Positions 1 to 9,178 are shown, counted from the stretch's first letter. The stretch is DNA of 64,000 nucleotides from an uncultured Alphaproteobacteria bacterium (GCA_944390885.1 CALXRP010000002.1:44936-108935); one strand, 5' to 3'. Notes: generated from the letters alone by a model not told the origin. Numbers and translations: made by a program.

Positions 1-1
1 A

Positions 2-472
2 ATGATTGAAGAATATCAAGAAAAGTTCAAAAGCATTAAAATTGATGACGTGGAAGAACAATTTGTAAATGTTGTAACCAAAAAGCAACCCGATGATATA
101 AACCCCGAATATTTAGATTTTTGCCAAAAATACATTAAGCGAAAAGGTTTAGATGTTCCAGAAGAACCGGTAGTCGTAACCGAGTGCCATAAAATAGGTT
201 ATGATGAAAACGGAAGAATGACCTTTGAAAAAGTTGAAATGGAAGACGACACGGAGATACAAGAGGAGCCTCAAGAAAACGCTCCTCTTTCTTTTAGCGA
301 AAATGCGCTGGAAGAAGTCCAAGAAAACGAAGATGACGAATGGAAAGGATTTCCACCGGAAACCATTGTTCCAATTCCGACAGATGAGATTGACGAAGAA
401 ATTTGCAACGTAAAATCTGATAAAGTCAAAAAATCTAAAAAAAAATCGAGCAAAAAGAAGTCGAAAAAATAA
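2..472 (+). CDS. hypothetical protein, acidic with Lys-rich C-terminus (may be 5'-truncated by the window edge)
   Basis: ORF starts at the window edge; Glu/Asp-rich body with a KKSKKKSSKKKSKK tail; followed by a perfect hairpin. Confidence 0.6.
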   Translation: MIEEYQEKFKSIKIDDVEEQFVNVVTKKQPDDINPEYLDFCQKYIKRKGLDVPEEPVVVTECHKIGYDENGRMTFEKVEMEDDTEIQEEPQENAPLSFSENALEEVQENEDDEWKGFPPETIVPIPTDEIDEEICNVKSDKVKKSKKKSSKKKSKK

Positions 473-484
473 ATGAAGACAGCA

Positions 485-516
485 TAATCCGGAGATTGGA
501 AGCAATCTCCGGATTA
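485..516. terminator. perfect 14-bp inverted repeat, probable terminator
   Basis: TAATCCGGAGATTG-GAAG-CAATCTCCGGATTA shortly after the stop at 472; no clear U-tract. Confidence 0.55.
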
Positions 517-613
517 AGTTAGCTTATCGGGAGAAATCTTTTCCACTTGGGATTCCCCCAATTTACAAATGGCAAACCTCGCGGGGTATTTTAATTAAAA
601 TCAGATTTTTAAA

Positions 614-642
614 TTGACAAAAAATTGATTTTTTGGTATAAA
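614..642 (+). promoter_or_regulatory. sigma70-type promoter
   Basis: TTGACA (614-619), 17-bp spacer, TATAAA (637-642) with a TGn extension, upstream of the ORF at 686. Confidence 0.7.
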
Positions 643-685
643 AATAATACTTATTTTTTATTATTCACTTTAATAATTCTAGTTT

Positions 686-1306
686 ATGAAAACAACTTTC
701 AACAAAGAAGGCAATACTTATGAAGTATGGCTGAATGTTAAGAAAATTTTTATCGAATTTATCGGTGGCGGAGAAGATTGCTTTTTCTGTAGTATCATAA
801 CACGAGATGGACAGTATTTTCAATGTGCTGTCAGTTTCCAAAATCTGGCTCCCTTTGTATTAGTCAGAGAAAATGAACGGCTCCACATTACTTTGGAGAT
901 GATATCCTCTCAGACCTCAATGATGCGCGTATTGCAGTGCCAAAATCTTTCTCAAAAATGGACTGGCATTGCTAAGATTGAACCTCATCAGTTCATCAAC
1001 CAATGTTACACATTGAAAATCGACGTTGATAAAGTATTCTTCGTTTCAATGCCATTCCATAAGTTAGGTGAAGACATCGTTTCAAGGCAACATTACTATT
1101 GCTTAATTACAGCTCCAAATTTTGGTTATGCTGTTCTTGATTGTGGCGGTGGTTTCTTTAAAAAGATTTTCAATCTTAAGTCCGGCGACAAGGCAGAGAT
1201 AACAGTTGCCAAAAAGCAATGTGCTGATTATTTGGTTATTGTAAACTACCAACAAGCTCCGGCTCCACAGAAATCACTTAACCATACATTGTTTATGTTG
1301 CCATAG
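686..1306 (+). CDS. hypothetical protein with two similar halves (possible tandem beta-barrel/OB-like domains)
   Basis: 206-aa ORF with its own promoter and terminator; internal similarity between the halves seen by eye. Confidence 0.65.
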   Translation: MKTTFNKEGNTYEVWLNVKKIFIEFIGGGEDCFFCSIITRDGQYFQCAVSFQNLAPFVLVRENERLHITLEMISSQTSMMRVLQCQNLSQKWTGIAKIEPHQFINQCYTLKIDVDKVFFVSMPFHKLGEDIVSRQHYYCLITAPNFGYAVLDCGGGFFKKIFNLKSGDKAEITVAKKQCADYLVIVNYQQAPAPQKSLNHTLFMLP

Positions 1307-1327
1307 AGGCTTACGCTGTTAAATTCT

Positions 1328-1359
1328 AAAGTCCGTTATAAAAAAACGGACTTTTTTTT
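1328..1359 (+). terminator. intrinsic terminator
   Basis: AAAGTCCGTT...AACGGACTTT followed by a T run. Confidence 0.75.
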
Positions 1360-1366
1360 ATGTATT

Positions 1367-1589
1367 TTATTTCAATAGCAAGATTCCGCTTAGACCATAT
1401 TTATTTAAACCTTCAAAACGACCATTTTCATCTGTTATAAAAATTCCTTTTTCTGAAAAATCAACTTGCTGATTTTTTGGCATTTGTTTCAACATTCTAT
1501 TTTTAAAATAATGGATAGTTCCTTTTTGGTCTTTCCAAAAGCCTGCAGTACACAACGTATTCTCTCCAGCGACATATTTTATTATTCAT
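1367..1589 (-). pseudogene. possible frameshifted small-gene remnant
   Basis: 62-aa TTG-start ORF; ATG AAT AAT AAA at 1589 would join its frame if one A of the A-run were removed. Confidence 0.2.
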
Positions 1590-1645
1590 ATTTTTAATAA
1601 ATATTAAAAATATATGTTTAATATCTTCTTTATAAATCTATAACA

Positions 1646-2815
1646 ATGGACATATTAATGATTAAAAATTTAAGAATTTTTCCAATTTTTGAAATATTTT
1701 ACAGATTTACCCCTCATTTTTTAATTGCTCCTTTGTATTATCAAGAGATTTTAGGTTCATATACCTTAGCTATGGCTGTATTTTCTACAACTCTTATAAG
1801 TTGTTCTATTTCTGAAATTCCAATGGGAATCATTTCAGATTTTATTGGCAGAAAAAGAACTATTATTTTTGCCTCATTTTGTAATTTTTTTAGTTTTCTG
1901 TTATTTATTCTTGCTGGAATATTTGAACAATACTCTAATGTTTTGTGCTTTTCTGCTGCTATCGTTTTAGGATTATCTCAGGCATTATATAGCGGTACAC
2001 TTGATGCTTTTATTTACGAAAGTATTAAAGCCAGCAATCAACTTGAAGATTATAATAGACTTTACAGCCGCATAAAAGGTCTTGGAGCTATGTCATCAGC
2101 GATTTCTGCTTTATTATCGGGAATTTTAAGTTATTACTATCCCTACATTATTTGTTTTTATCTATCTGGTTTTGCCGCTGTTATGACAATGATAATTGGC
2201 TTATTTTATTATAATATAGATTATTCTTCTGCATATTTTTCATATAAAAATTTAAAAGAACACCTTAAAAACATTTATCTTTTTTATAAAAACAATACAA
2301 AACTTCGTTGGATAAGTTTGGCTAAAATTATGGGAGATAATGTTAGTTATCGAATTGATATAATTTATTTTAAGATGTTAATTCCTGAATATTTATTAGG
2401 AACTCCTAGGATGCTGAAGAAATTTTGCGAATGTATCAGTTATATCTATGCTTCATATTTAATTGAAAAATTTAAGCCAATCGGCGTTTTGATTATCTCA
2501 AATTCATATATGATTGCCATTCGAAGCTTGGCTATTGGATTAAACAACTTCTTATCCCCATTTATAATATCTTTGGTTGATTTATTAGACGGGACATCTT
2601 CAACATCTTTCTCTAATTTATTACAGCATGAATATAGCGACAAACAACGAGCAACAATGGAATCTATTATAAGTATGGTATCAACAATTTGGACATCAAT
2701 ATTGTTGCTATTAATTGGTATTGTAATTGATTATACAGGTGTTCGTTTTGCTTTATTCGTATTAATCATATATAGATTTATTCGTTATTTTATTTATTAT
2801 AAAGTTTTGAGATAA
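1646..2815 (+). CDS. MFS transporter
   Basis: Many hydrophobic segments; MFS motif A-like EIPMGIISDFIGRKRT; SGTLDAFIYES and QRATMES motifs; very AT-rich DNA. Confidence 0.9.
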   Translation: MDILMIKNLRIFPIFEIFYRFTPHFLIAPLYYQEILGSYTLAMAVFSTTLISCSISEIPMGIISDFIGRKRTIIFASFCNFFSFLLFILAGIFEQYSNVLCFSAAIVLGLSQALYSGTLDAFIYESIKASNQLEDYNRLYSRIKGLGAMSSAISALLSGILSYYYPYIICFYLSGFAAVMTMIIGLFYYNIDYSSAYFSYKNLKEHLKNIYLFYKNNTKLRWISLAKIMGDNVSYRIDIIYFKMLIPEYLLGTPRMLKKFCECISYIYASYLIEKFKPIGVLIISNSYMIAIRSLAIGLNNFLSPFIISLVDLLDGTSSTSFSNLLQHEYSDKQRATMESIISMVSTIWTSILLLLIGIVIDYTGVRFALFVLIIYRFIRYFIYYKVLR

Positions 2816-3005
2816 AAACTACAATTAAACCATATCTTAACTTTTTGGAGCCATAAAAAAGCTCAACAGATAACTTTTGATACTTGTAACAGGCTGGTGG
2901 GAGCTTGTTTTAGCGTGGTAGCTCGATGATAGCCCAGCAAAAAAATAGCTAAATTTTCAAGATTAACACATTGATTTACAAAGATAATATCTTGCAAACG
3001 CAGTC

Positions 3006-3052
3006 GATTTGTAATCAGTGGGTCGGGAGTTCGAGTCTCTCTGTCGGCACCA
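3006..3052 (+). mobile_element. 3' half of tRNA-Thr(TGT), probable att site of an integrated element
   Basis: GATTTGTAATCAGTGGGTCGGGAGTTCGAGTCTCTCTGTCGGCACCA has the anticodon loop, T-arm, 3' acceptor strand and CCA, but no 5' acceptor strand (GCCGACA) or D-arm upstream. Confidence 0.8.
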
Positions 3053-3058
3053 GTTTTC

Positions 3059-3089
3059 AAGCCCCTGAAATTCAAGGGCTTTTTCTTTT
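3059..3089 (+). terminator. intrinsic terminator after the tRNA fragment
   Basis: AAGCCC-CTGAAATTCAA-GGGCTT followed by TTTCTTTT. Confidence 0.7.
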
Positions 3090-3287
3090 ATTTAATTCAT
3101 TTTAACAGATTTTTCCAAACAAAAAGCCAGCCCTCCGTTCAAAAACAAAGGGCTAGCAATCACAAAGCACAATCCGATCACTGCCTCAAAACATTTTAAG
3201 CAGTCCATACAATCGCCTCTGTCCAAATTCTGCTTGGCCAAACCGACATCGGCAAAAATATCAGACATTTCCGTTTTTCAAAAATTT

Positions 3288-4526
3288 CTATACCTCAAAA
3301 GTCTTTGCAACTTCTTTCATCCACTTGCTGATTTCAATATGCTGCGGACAATGTTGTTGACAAAGCTTGCATCCGATACAGGCTGAAGCCTTACCATGTT
3401 CTTTAGCCAGATTGGCATATTGCTCTCTGCGAGCACGAACCGGTTTCTTTGACCATCCCTGCTTTTCAGCATTATATAAAGCAAAATATTCCGGTATGGC
3501 TATTTTCATCGGACAATACTCAACACAATACCGACAGGCCGTACAGGGAACAGATACTGTTTTATGCAAAGTCTTAATAGCATTCTCAACAACTTGCATT
3601 TCTTTCTTGTTCAATGGCTTAAAATTCTGCATATAAGAAGTATTGTCTTCCAATTGTTCCATATTGGACATACCGCTCAGCACCATCATCACGCCGTCAA
3701 GGCTGGCCGCATAACGGATTGCCCATGAAGCCACAGACATCTCCGGCTCGGCATCTTTAAAGATTTTCTCAACCGGATCCGGCACCTCCGCCAGACTTCC
3801 GCCTTTAACCGGCTCCATAACAATTACGGGTTTATTATATTTCTGAGCAATTTCATAACATTTCCGCGCCTGAATATCCTCACTGTCCCAATCTATATAG
3901 TTAATTTGCAGTTGAACAAAATCAACCTCAGGATGTTCCTTAAGCACCTCTTCCAACATTTCGGCTTTATCATGAAAAGAAAATCCCATTTGCTTGACTT
4001 TTCCTTCTTTTTTCTTATCTGCCACAAATTTAAAACTGTCATACTTGCGCACATTGCCAATTGTATTAGCATTAATATTATGAACAAGATAATAATCAAA
4101 ATAATCCAGACCGGTCTTTTCAAGCTGCTTATTAAAAATTTCTTCCTGCTCTGCCTTGTTTTTAATTGAGCCGACCGGCAATTTGCTGGCAACGGTAAAT
4201 TTATTGCGCGGATGCCGTTCTACCAAAGATTTTCTGATAGCTACTTCGCTTTCATACCCCATATACATCCAAGCCGTATCAAAATATGTAAATCCGCGTT
4301 CAAGAAAAGTATCAACCATTTTGTTCAGAACATCATAATCAATAGCCGTCTGATCGTCCGGATTCTTCAATGGCAGGCGCATAAAACCGAAACCAAGTTT
4401 GTTTTTCGGATCAATTTTGGCTTTAACGGCATCCGAAACCGCAACGGCTTCCGCCAAAGTGAGTTTTGGCAAAGCTGACAAAGCAAAAACCGCCAAAGTG
4501 CTCATTAAAAATTCCCGTCTGTTCAT
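3288..4526 (-). CDS. aldo/keto reductase with C-terminal 4Fe-4S dicluster domain and Tat-type signal
   Basis: LGFGFMRLP, YFDTAWMY and VMEPVKGG motifs; CTACRYC..CP and CIGCKLCQQHCP; N-terminal RREFL plus hydrophobic stretch. Confidence 0.9.
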   Translation of the reverse strand: MNRREFLMSTLAVFALSALPKLTLAEAVAVSDAVKAKIDPKNKLGFGFMRLPLKNPDDQTAIDYDVLNKMVDTFLERGFTYFDTAWMYMGYESEVAIRKSLVERHPRNKFTVASKLPVGSIKNKAEQEEIFNKQLEKTGLDYFDYYLVHNINANTIGNVRKYDSFKFVADKKKEGKVKQMGFSFHDKAEMLEEVLKEHPEVDFVQLQINYIDWDSEDIQARKCYEIAQKYNKPVIVMEPVKGGSLAEVPDPVEKIFKDAEPEMSVASWAIRYAASLDGVMMVLSGMSNMEQLEDNTSYMQNFKPLNKKEMQVVENAIKTLHKTVSVPCTACRYCVEYCPMKIAIPEYFALYNAEKQGWSKKPVRARREQYANLAKEHGKASACIGCKLCQQHCPQHIEISKWMKEVAKTFEV

Positions 4527-4564
4527 GGTCTAAGTCTCCGTAAAAAATTCCACTCCATTTCTGT

Positions 4565-4595
4565 AGTTTAATTTTTAAAGTATGGTCTAAGTCAA
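4565..4595 (-). promoter_or_regulatory. MerR-type promoter/operator (19-bp spacer)
   Basis: Minus strand TTGACT, 19 bp, TAAACT, with imperfect dyad TTAGACCATACTTTAA overlapping the spacer. Confidence 0.55.
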
Positions 4596-4787
4596 GATTT
4601 TTTTTAATTTTTTTAATAAATTTCTTATAAAAAAATAAAGCAAAATTGATTCCCTGATTACCGGCCGGCAACAAATACTCCAAATAAAAAAAATGCCCAA
4701 AGCACAAAGCAACAGGCATTTTTCTCTCTACGGAAAATTTATGAGTAGTAAAAATTTTTGACTATAAATCAAGCTTAAAAAATACCG

Positions 4788-5015
4788 CTACTCGGCCTTT
4801 TTAACAGTATCTATAATCTTTGCAATTCCGTCTTCGCGGCCGCTTTGCTCTTCTGCTTCAATCTGGGCATGAACATGGTCGGCAATATGCTTAATTTTAT
4901 GCCAAAACCCGTTTTCCCAAGCCACAACCGTACCCCAAATAGCCATTACCGATACAATAATCGTGCAAATGGCCTCCATAATTTCCATCTTGTCTTTAAA
5001 ACTGAGCTTATCCAT
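4788..5015 (-). CDS. small membrane protein, hypothetical
   Basis: 75 aa, one hydrophobic helix, GAGGAGG ribosome-binding site. Confidence 0.65.
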   Translation of the reverse strand: MDKLSFKDKMEIMEAICTIIVSVMAIWGTVVAWENGFWHKIKHIADHVHAQIEAEEQSGREDGIAKIIDTVKKAE

Positions 5016-5144
5016 ATCTGCCTCCTCTGCAGATATACGCCGCCCGGGCTGTAATTCAATCAGATTTATACCAATTATCTAAAATCATTATAGATTTTTT
5101 CACCTTTTCAAACTATCTTAAAAACATATAACAAAGGACGCCAA

Positions 5145-5522
5145 ATGACTGATAAACAAAAAATGCCGATTGCCGGTCTGCACTGCCACCAATGCGGAAA
5201 AGTTGAAGAAATCTTGCCTGATATGCCGGATTCCCTGACGTTTGAAAAAGCTTCCGAAACTTTTCAGCTCATCAGCGATCCTGCCCGCCTGCGCATTCTC
5301 TGGCTGCTGTGCCACCGTGAAGTCTGCGTCAATAACATTGCCCTCTGCGTTAATATGAGCGCACCTGCCGTTTCCCACCACCTGCGGCTGCTCAAACAGG
5401 CCGGATTGCTGACCAGCCGGCGCGAAGGCAAAGAAATGTATTACAAACTGGCACAAACACCGGAAGCCTCCCTTGTTCACAAAGCCGTAGATGACATCCT
5501 CGACATCAAATGCCCCGCTTAA
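5145..5522 (+). CDS. ArsR/SmtB (CadC-like) metalloregulator
   Basis: DPARLRIL, EVCV, AVSHHLRLLKQAGL and RREGKEMYY motifs; upstream of the HMA protein and P1B-ATPase. Confidence 0.92.
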   Translation: MTDKQKMPIAGLHCHQCGKVEEILPDMPDSLTFEKASETFQLISDPARLRILWLLCHREVCVNNIALCVNMSAPAVSHHLRLLKQAGLLTSRREGKEMYYKLAQTPEASLVHKAVDDILDIKCPA

Positions 5523-5535
5523 ATAAAAAACCTTC

Positions 5536-5580
5536 TTGACATTTATCAAAATCGATTATATAATTAAACATATATTTAAT
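5536..5580 (+). promoter_or_regulatory. consensus sigma70 promoter with overlapping ArsR-type operator
   Basis: TTGACA (5536-5541), 17 bp, TATAAT (5559-5564); dyad ATTAAA-CATATA-TTTAAT (5563-5580). Confidence 0.8.
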
Positions 5581-5598
5581 CGTTTAAGCGAGGATGCT

Positions 5599-5814
5599 AT
5601 GAAAAAAACTTACAAATTGGAGAACTTGGACTGCGCCAACTGTGCTGCCAAAATTGAAAATGCCGTTAAGGAAATCGAGGGCGTTATCAATGCTTCCGTC
5701 AGTTTCATGACCCAAAGACTGACAATCGAAACCGAAGCCGACCTTGATGAAATTATGACAAAGGTAAAAAAGATTGTCCGCACGATTGAACCGGATTGTG
5801 AAATTATTTTTTAA
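5599..5814 (+). CDS. heavy-metal-associated (HMA) domain protein
   Basis: MKKTYKLENLDCANCAAKIE, CxxC HMA motif; ATG at 5599 after GAGG. Confidence 0.92.
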   Translation: MKKTYKLENLDCANCAAKIENAVKEIEGVINASVSFMTQRLTIETEADLDEIMTKVKKIVRTIEPDCEIIF

Positions 5815-5826
5815 AAAGAGGTCAAT

Positions 5827-7680
5827 ATGAATAAAAGCCTGAAAAAATTGCTCAAAAAAATCATCATCGCGGCCCTGCTGTTCCTGGCCGGCTTTTTTCC
5901 GTTGCCGCAAACATGGCAGCTGCTTTTATTCATTGCCTCATACCTGCTGGTCGGCAGCGACATTATCCTTAAAGCTTTTCGCAATCTTTTCAAAGGACAG
6001 ATTTTTGATGAAAACTTTCTGATGTCGCTGGCCACTTTCGGCGCTTTTGTCCTTGGGGAATATTCCGAGGCCGTTGCCGTTATGCTGTTTTTCCAAATCG
6101 GAGAATTTTTTCAAAGCTACGCCGTCAATCAATCGCGCAAATCCATTGCGGCTCTGATGGACATCCGCCCGGATTATGCCAATGTCCGCCGCGGTAAAAA
6201 AATTGTTACGGTCAGCCCGGAAGAAGTCAAAATCGGAGAAACCATCGTCATCCGTCCGGGAGAACGGATTCCTTTGGACGGCACGATCATCAAAGGCTCA
6301 TCAACGCTTGACACAGCAGCATTAACCGGAGAATCCCTGCCCCGGGACGTTGCCGTCAATGACGAGGTCTTGAGCGGCTGCATCAACTTGACCGGCGTTC
6401 TGGAAGTGCAAACCGCCAAAGAATTTTCAGCCTCAACCGTTTCGCAAATCCTTGACCTGGTTGAAAACGCCTCCTCGCAAAAAGCCGGCATAGAAAATTT
6501 CATCACTCGTTTTGCCCGTTACTACACGCCGGCCGTTGTAATCATCGCGGCATTACTGGCTCTCGTTCCGCCCCTTGCCCTTGGGACTTTTGACTTTCGC
6601 GATTGGGGCTACCGCGCTATCACTTTTCTGGTCATCTCCTGCCCCTGCGCTTTGGTTATCTCAATTCCGCTCAGTTTTTTCGGTGGACTGGGTGCAGCCT
6701 CGCGCTGTGGAATCCTGATAAAAGGAAGCAACTATCTTGAAGCGCTTGCAAACGCACATACCGTCGTGTTTGACAAGACCGGAACCTTGACCAAAGGCTT
6801 GTTCAAAGTCTCAAAAATCTGTCCGGAAAACATTTCAAAGGCAGAGCTTTTGAGCCTGGCTGCCCATATTGAAGCCCTCTCAAAACACCCGATTGCTCTG
6901 TCCATCCGCGAGGCATACGGACAAGAACCGGATATGGCAGTCATATCATCAGTCAATGAACTGCCAGGCAAAGGAATAACCGCCGTCATCGGCGCTGACA
7001 ATGTCGCCGCCGGCAATCTGAAATTCATTCAAGGCCTGGGCATTGCCGTCAAAGAAAATCATACCCCCGGCACGGCTGTTTATTTTGCCGTCAATCAAAA
7101 ATACGCCGGCTGCATCATAATCGAAGATGAGATTCGAGAAGATGCTGCTGCCGCCATTACCGCCCTAAAGACCGAAGGTGTCTCCCAAACCGTCATGCTG
7201 ACCGGAGACCGCAGTGACATTGGCAAAAAGATTGCTTCCGCCGCCGGAATTGATAAATATTTTGCCAATCTCCTTCCGGCAGGAAAAGTCCAAAAAATTG
7301 AGGAACTGCTGAAACAAAACGCCGATCTGGGAAAAGTTATTTTTGTCGGCGATGGCATAAATGACGCCCCTGTTCTTGCCCGCTCCGATATTGGTATTGC
7401 CATGGGAGGCATCGGCTCTGACGCTGCCATTGAAGCCGCGGACATTGTTATTATGACGGATGAACCGTCCAAAATCCCTTCCGCCATCCGCATTGCCCGC
7501 AAAACCTTAAGGATAGCCAAAGAAAATATTATCTTTGCCTTAGGCGTCAAATTTTTGGTTCTGGGTTTGGGAGCCGCCGGCTATGCCTCGATTTGGGCAG
7601 CGGTTTTTGCCGATGTCGGCGTCTCGGTCATTGCAATTTTGAATGCCGCCCGAGCACTCCGTCTGCATAAAAATTGCTAA
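5827..7680 (+). CDS. cadA: Cd/Zn/Co-transporting P1B-type ATPase
   Basis: TGES, SCPCAL, DKTGTLT, HP, MLTGD and GDGINDAP motifs. Confidence 0.95.
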   Translation: MNKSLKKLLKKIIIAALLFLAGFFPLPQTWQLLLFIASYLLVGSDIILKAFRNLFKGQIFDENFLMSLATFGAFVLGEYSEAVAVMLFFQIGEFFQSYAVNQSRKSIAALMDIRPDYANVRRGKKIVTVSPEEVKIGETIVIRPGERIPLDGTIIKGSSTLDTAALTGESLPRDVAVNDEVLSGCINLTGVLEVQTAKEFSASTVSQILDLVENASSQKAGIENFITRFARYYTPAVVIIAALLALVPPLALGTFDFRDWGYRAITFLVISCPCALVISIPLSFFGGLGAASRCGILIKGSNYLEALANAHTVVFDKTGTLTKGLFKVSKICPENISKAELLSLAAHIEALSKHPIALSIREAYGQEPDMAVISSVNELPGKGITAVIGADNVAAGNLKFIQGLGIAVKENHTPGTAVYFAVNQKYAGCIIIEDEIREDAAAAITALKTEGVSQTVMLTGDRSDIGKKIASAAGIDKYFANLLPAGKVQKIEELLKQNADLGKVIFVGDGINDAPVLARSDIGIAMGGIGSDAAIEAADIVIMTDEPSKIPSAIRIARKTLRIAKENIIFALGVKFLVLGLGAAGYASIWAAVFADVGVSVIAILNAARALRLHKNC

Positions 7681-7776
7681 AACGGCCATTCTCAAATATC
7701 CCCATTTCTTGGCAATCCGACTTGCAATCCCGTCAGAACGGCATAAAATAAACAAAAATATTGCCAAAGGAAGCCT

Positions 7777-8775
7777 ATGAAAATAAATTGCCGCTCAATT
7801 TTGTTCAAACTGGGATTAAGCCTCATCGCCGTTTCTCTGCTGGCTTCGACTATTCGTTATTATGCCATTGAAACTTTCCGCGAAGGAAGCAGCCGCAGTT
7901 TACTCGTACCGGCCGGACAAATGCTGGAACCGGAAAAAAGCAAATTCACTTTCTCCGCCGTCAGCGACACCGGAGCACACAATGCTCCGATAGAAAGAAT
8001 ATTAAGACAAATCCGCCACTCAAAATCAGAATTTGTATTATATTTGGGCGACCTGGTTCGTTATCGCAACGAAAGTCACTTTCGCTGGATAACCTCAGAA
8101 CTTTCCGAAAAATTAAAACGGCTTCATTTCTATGCCGTTCCGGGAAATCATGAGATCACGCGCAAAGACGGAAAGGTAGACCGTTCATTATATAACGCCG
8201 TCTTTGGACCGTCTTATTACTGGTTCAGCTACGGCAACACACTTTTCATCGCTCTTGATTCGTCCGAAAGCAAAATCGACAACAAACAATTTGAATGGCT
8301 TGGCAATACGCTGAAACACATCCGTCCGCTGTACAAACACTGTATTGTCTTCACCCACGTTCCGCCAATCAATCCGGAACGCCCGGGTTATAAAGTTTTG
8401 GATGACTATTCTCGCAACCGATTGGCAAAACTTCTGCCGCAGGGAAATGTCACCCTCTTGCTGGCCGGACATGTCCATAATTTCCAGGAAAGCACCTTTG
8501 CCGGCATACCTTTTTACACATTGCCGTCTTCCGGACAGGAAATCCGCTCCGAAATTCAGAAATTCGGCTATGTCGATGTCAAAATCAACAATGACAAAAT
8601 TGAAAAAGTAAAACCCCGCTACGTCCACGGGAACGACGATGTCGAGTTTTTTGAAAGCTTTGCCAGCAGCATTTTAGTCAAAGAAAGCATCCACACTTTT
8701 GCCGTCTGGACACTTTGTGCCGGACTGCTGTTCCTGCTCGCAGCCGCCGTGTTGAAATTGAAGAAAAAAGGCTAA
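7777..8775 (+). CDS. calcineurin-like metallophosphoesterase, membrane-anchored
   Basis: SDTG, GDLV, PGNHE, HVPP and GHVH motifs; N- and C-terminal hydrophobic helices. Confidence 0.88.
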   Translation: MKINCRSILFKLGLSLIAVSLLASTIRYYAIETFREGSSRSLLVPAGQMLEPEKSKFTFSAVSDTGAHNAPIERILRQIRHSKSEFVLYLGDLVRYRNESHFRWITSELSEKLKRLHFYAVPGNHEITRKDGKVDRSLYNAVFGPSYYWFSYGNTLFIALDSSESKIDNKQFEWLGNTLKHIRPLYKHCIVFTHVPPINPERPGYKVLDDYSRNRLAKLLPQGNVTLLLAGHVHNFQESTFAGIPFYTLPSSGQEIRSEIQKFGYVDVKINNDKIEKVKPRYVHGNDDVEFFESFASSILVKESIHTFAVWTLCAGLLFLLAAAVLKLKKKG

Positions 8776-9176
8776 AGCGGCAAAAGCGCAGCTGCTGCAC
8801 TATCCCAGTCGGCATAATTTCCGTTAAGCGCCATATCATTTTTATCCCGCAGCTGGTACAAAACCGCCTCGCTGTCATAAACAAGATAGTCAAAATCATT
8901 ATACCCCAGAATGAGCGCGCCGGTATCAGCCATGGCATTTTTCAAATTTTCATGAATAAGATCAGAAAACGGACCATCCGGATTAACGGCAAAAATTTCA
9001 CAGCCGCTTCCGCGCACACCGTTGCATTCTTTAAGGAAATTGGCAAAATCATCCGGCAGTTCCGCCAGTCTGCTCCGTTTCATTTCGATTTTGTAAATCA
9101 AAACTTTTCGCGCATCAATCCCTTCGCCGCACCAAAGTTCATCGCTGTCTGCAATCATTTCCGCCAGTTCCGACAT
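8772..9176 (-). CDS. SMI1/KNR4 (SUKH, YrhA-like) family protein, putative immunity protein
   Basis: LPDDFANFLKECNG core followed by IF...LILG...YLVYD, a SUKH-type pattern. Confidence 0.7.
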   Translation of the reverse strand: MSELAEMIADSDELWCGEGIDARKVLIYKIEMKRSRLAELPDDFANFLKECNGVRGSGCEIFAVNPDGPFSDLIHENLKNAMADTGALILGYNDFDYLVYDSEAVLYQLRDKNDMALNGNYADWDSAAAALLPL

Positions 9177-9178
9177 GT

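Noticed and set aside
2977-3052. Intact tRNA-Thr gene
   Set aside because: 5' acceptor strand and D-arm are absent and the anticodon stem is mismatched; treated as an att fragment
2863-3075. 70-aa minus-strand ORF
   Set aside because: Antisense translation of the tRNA fragment
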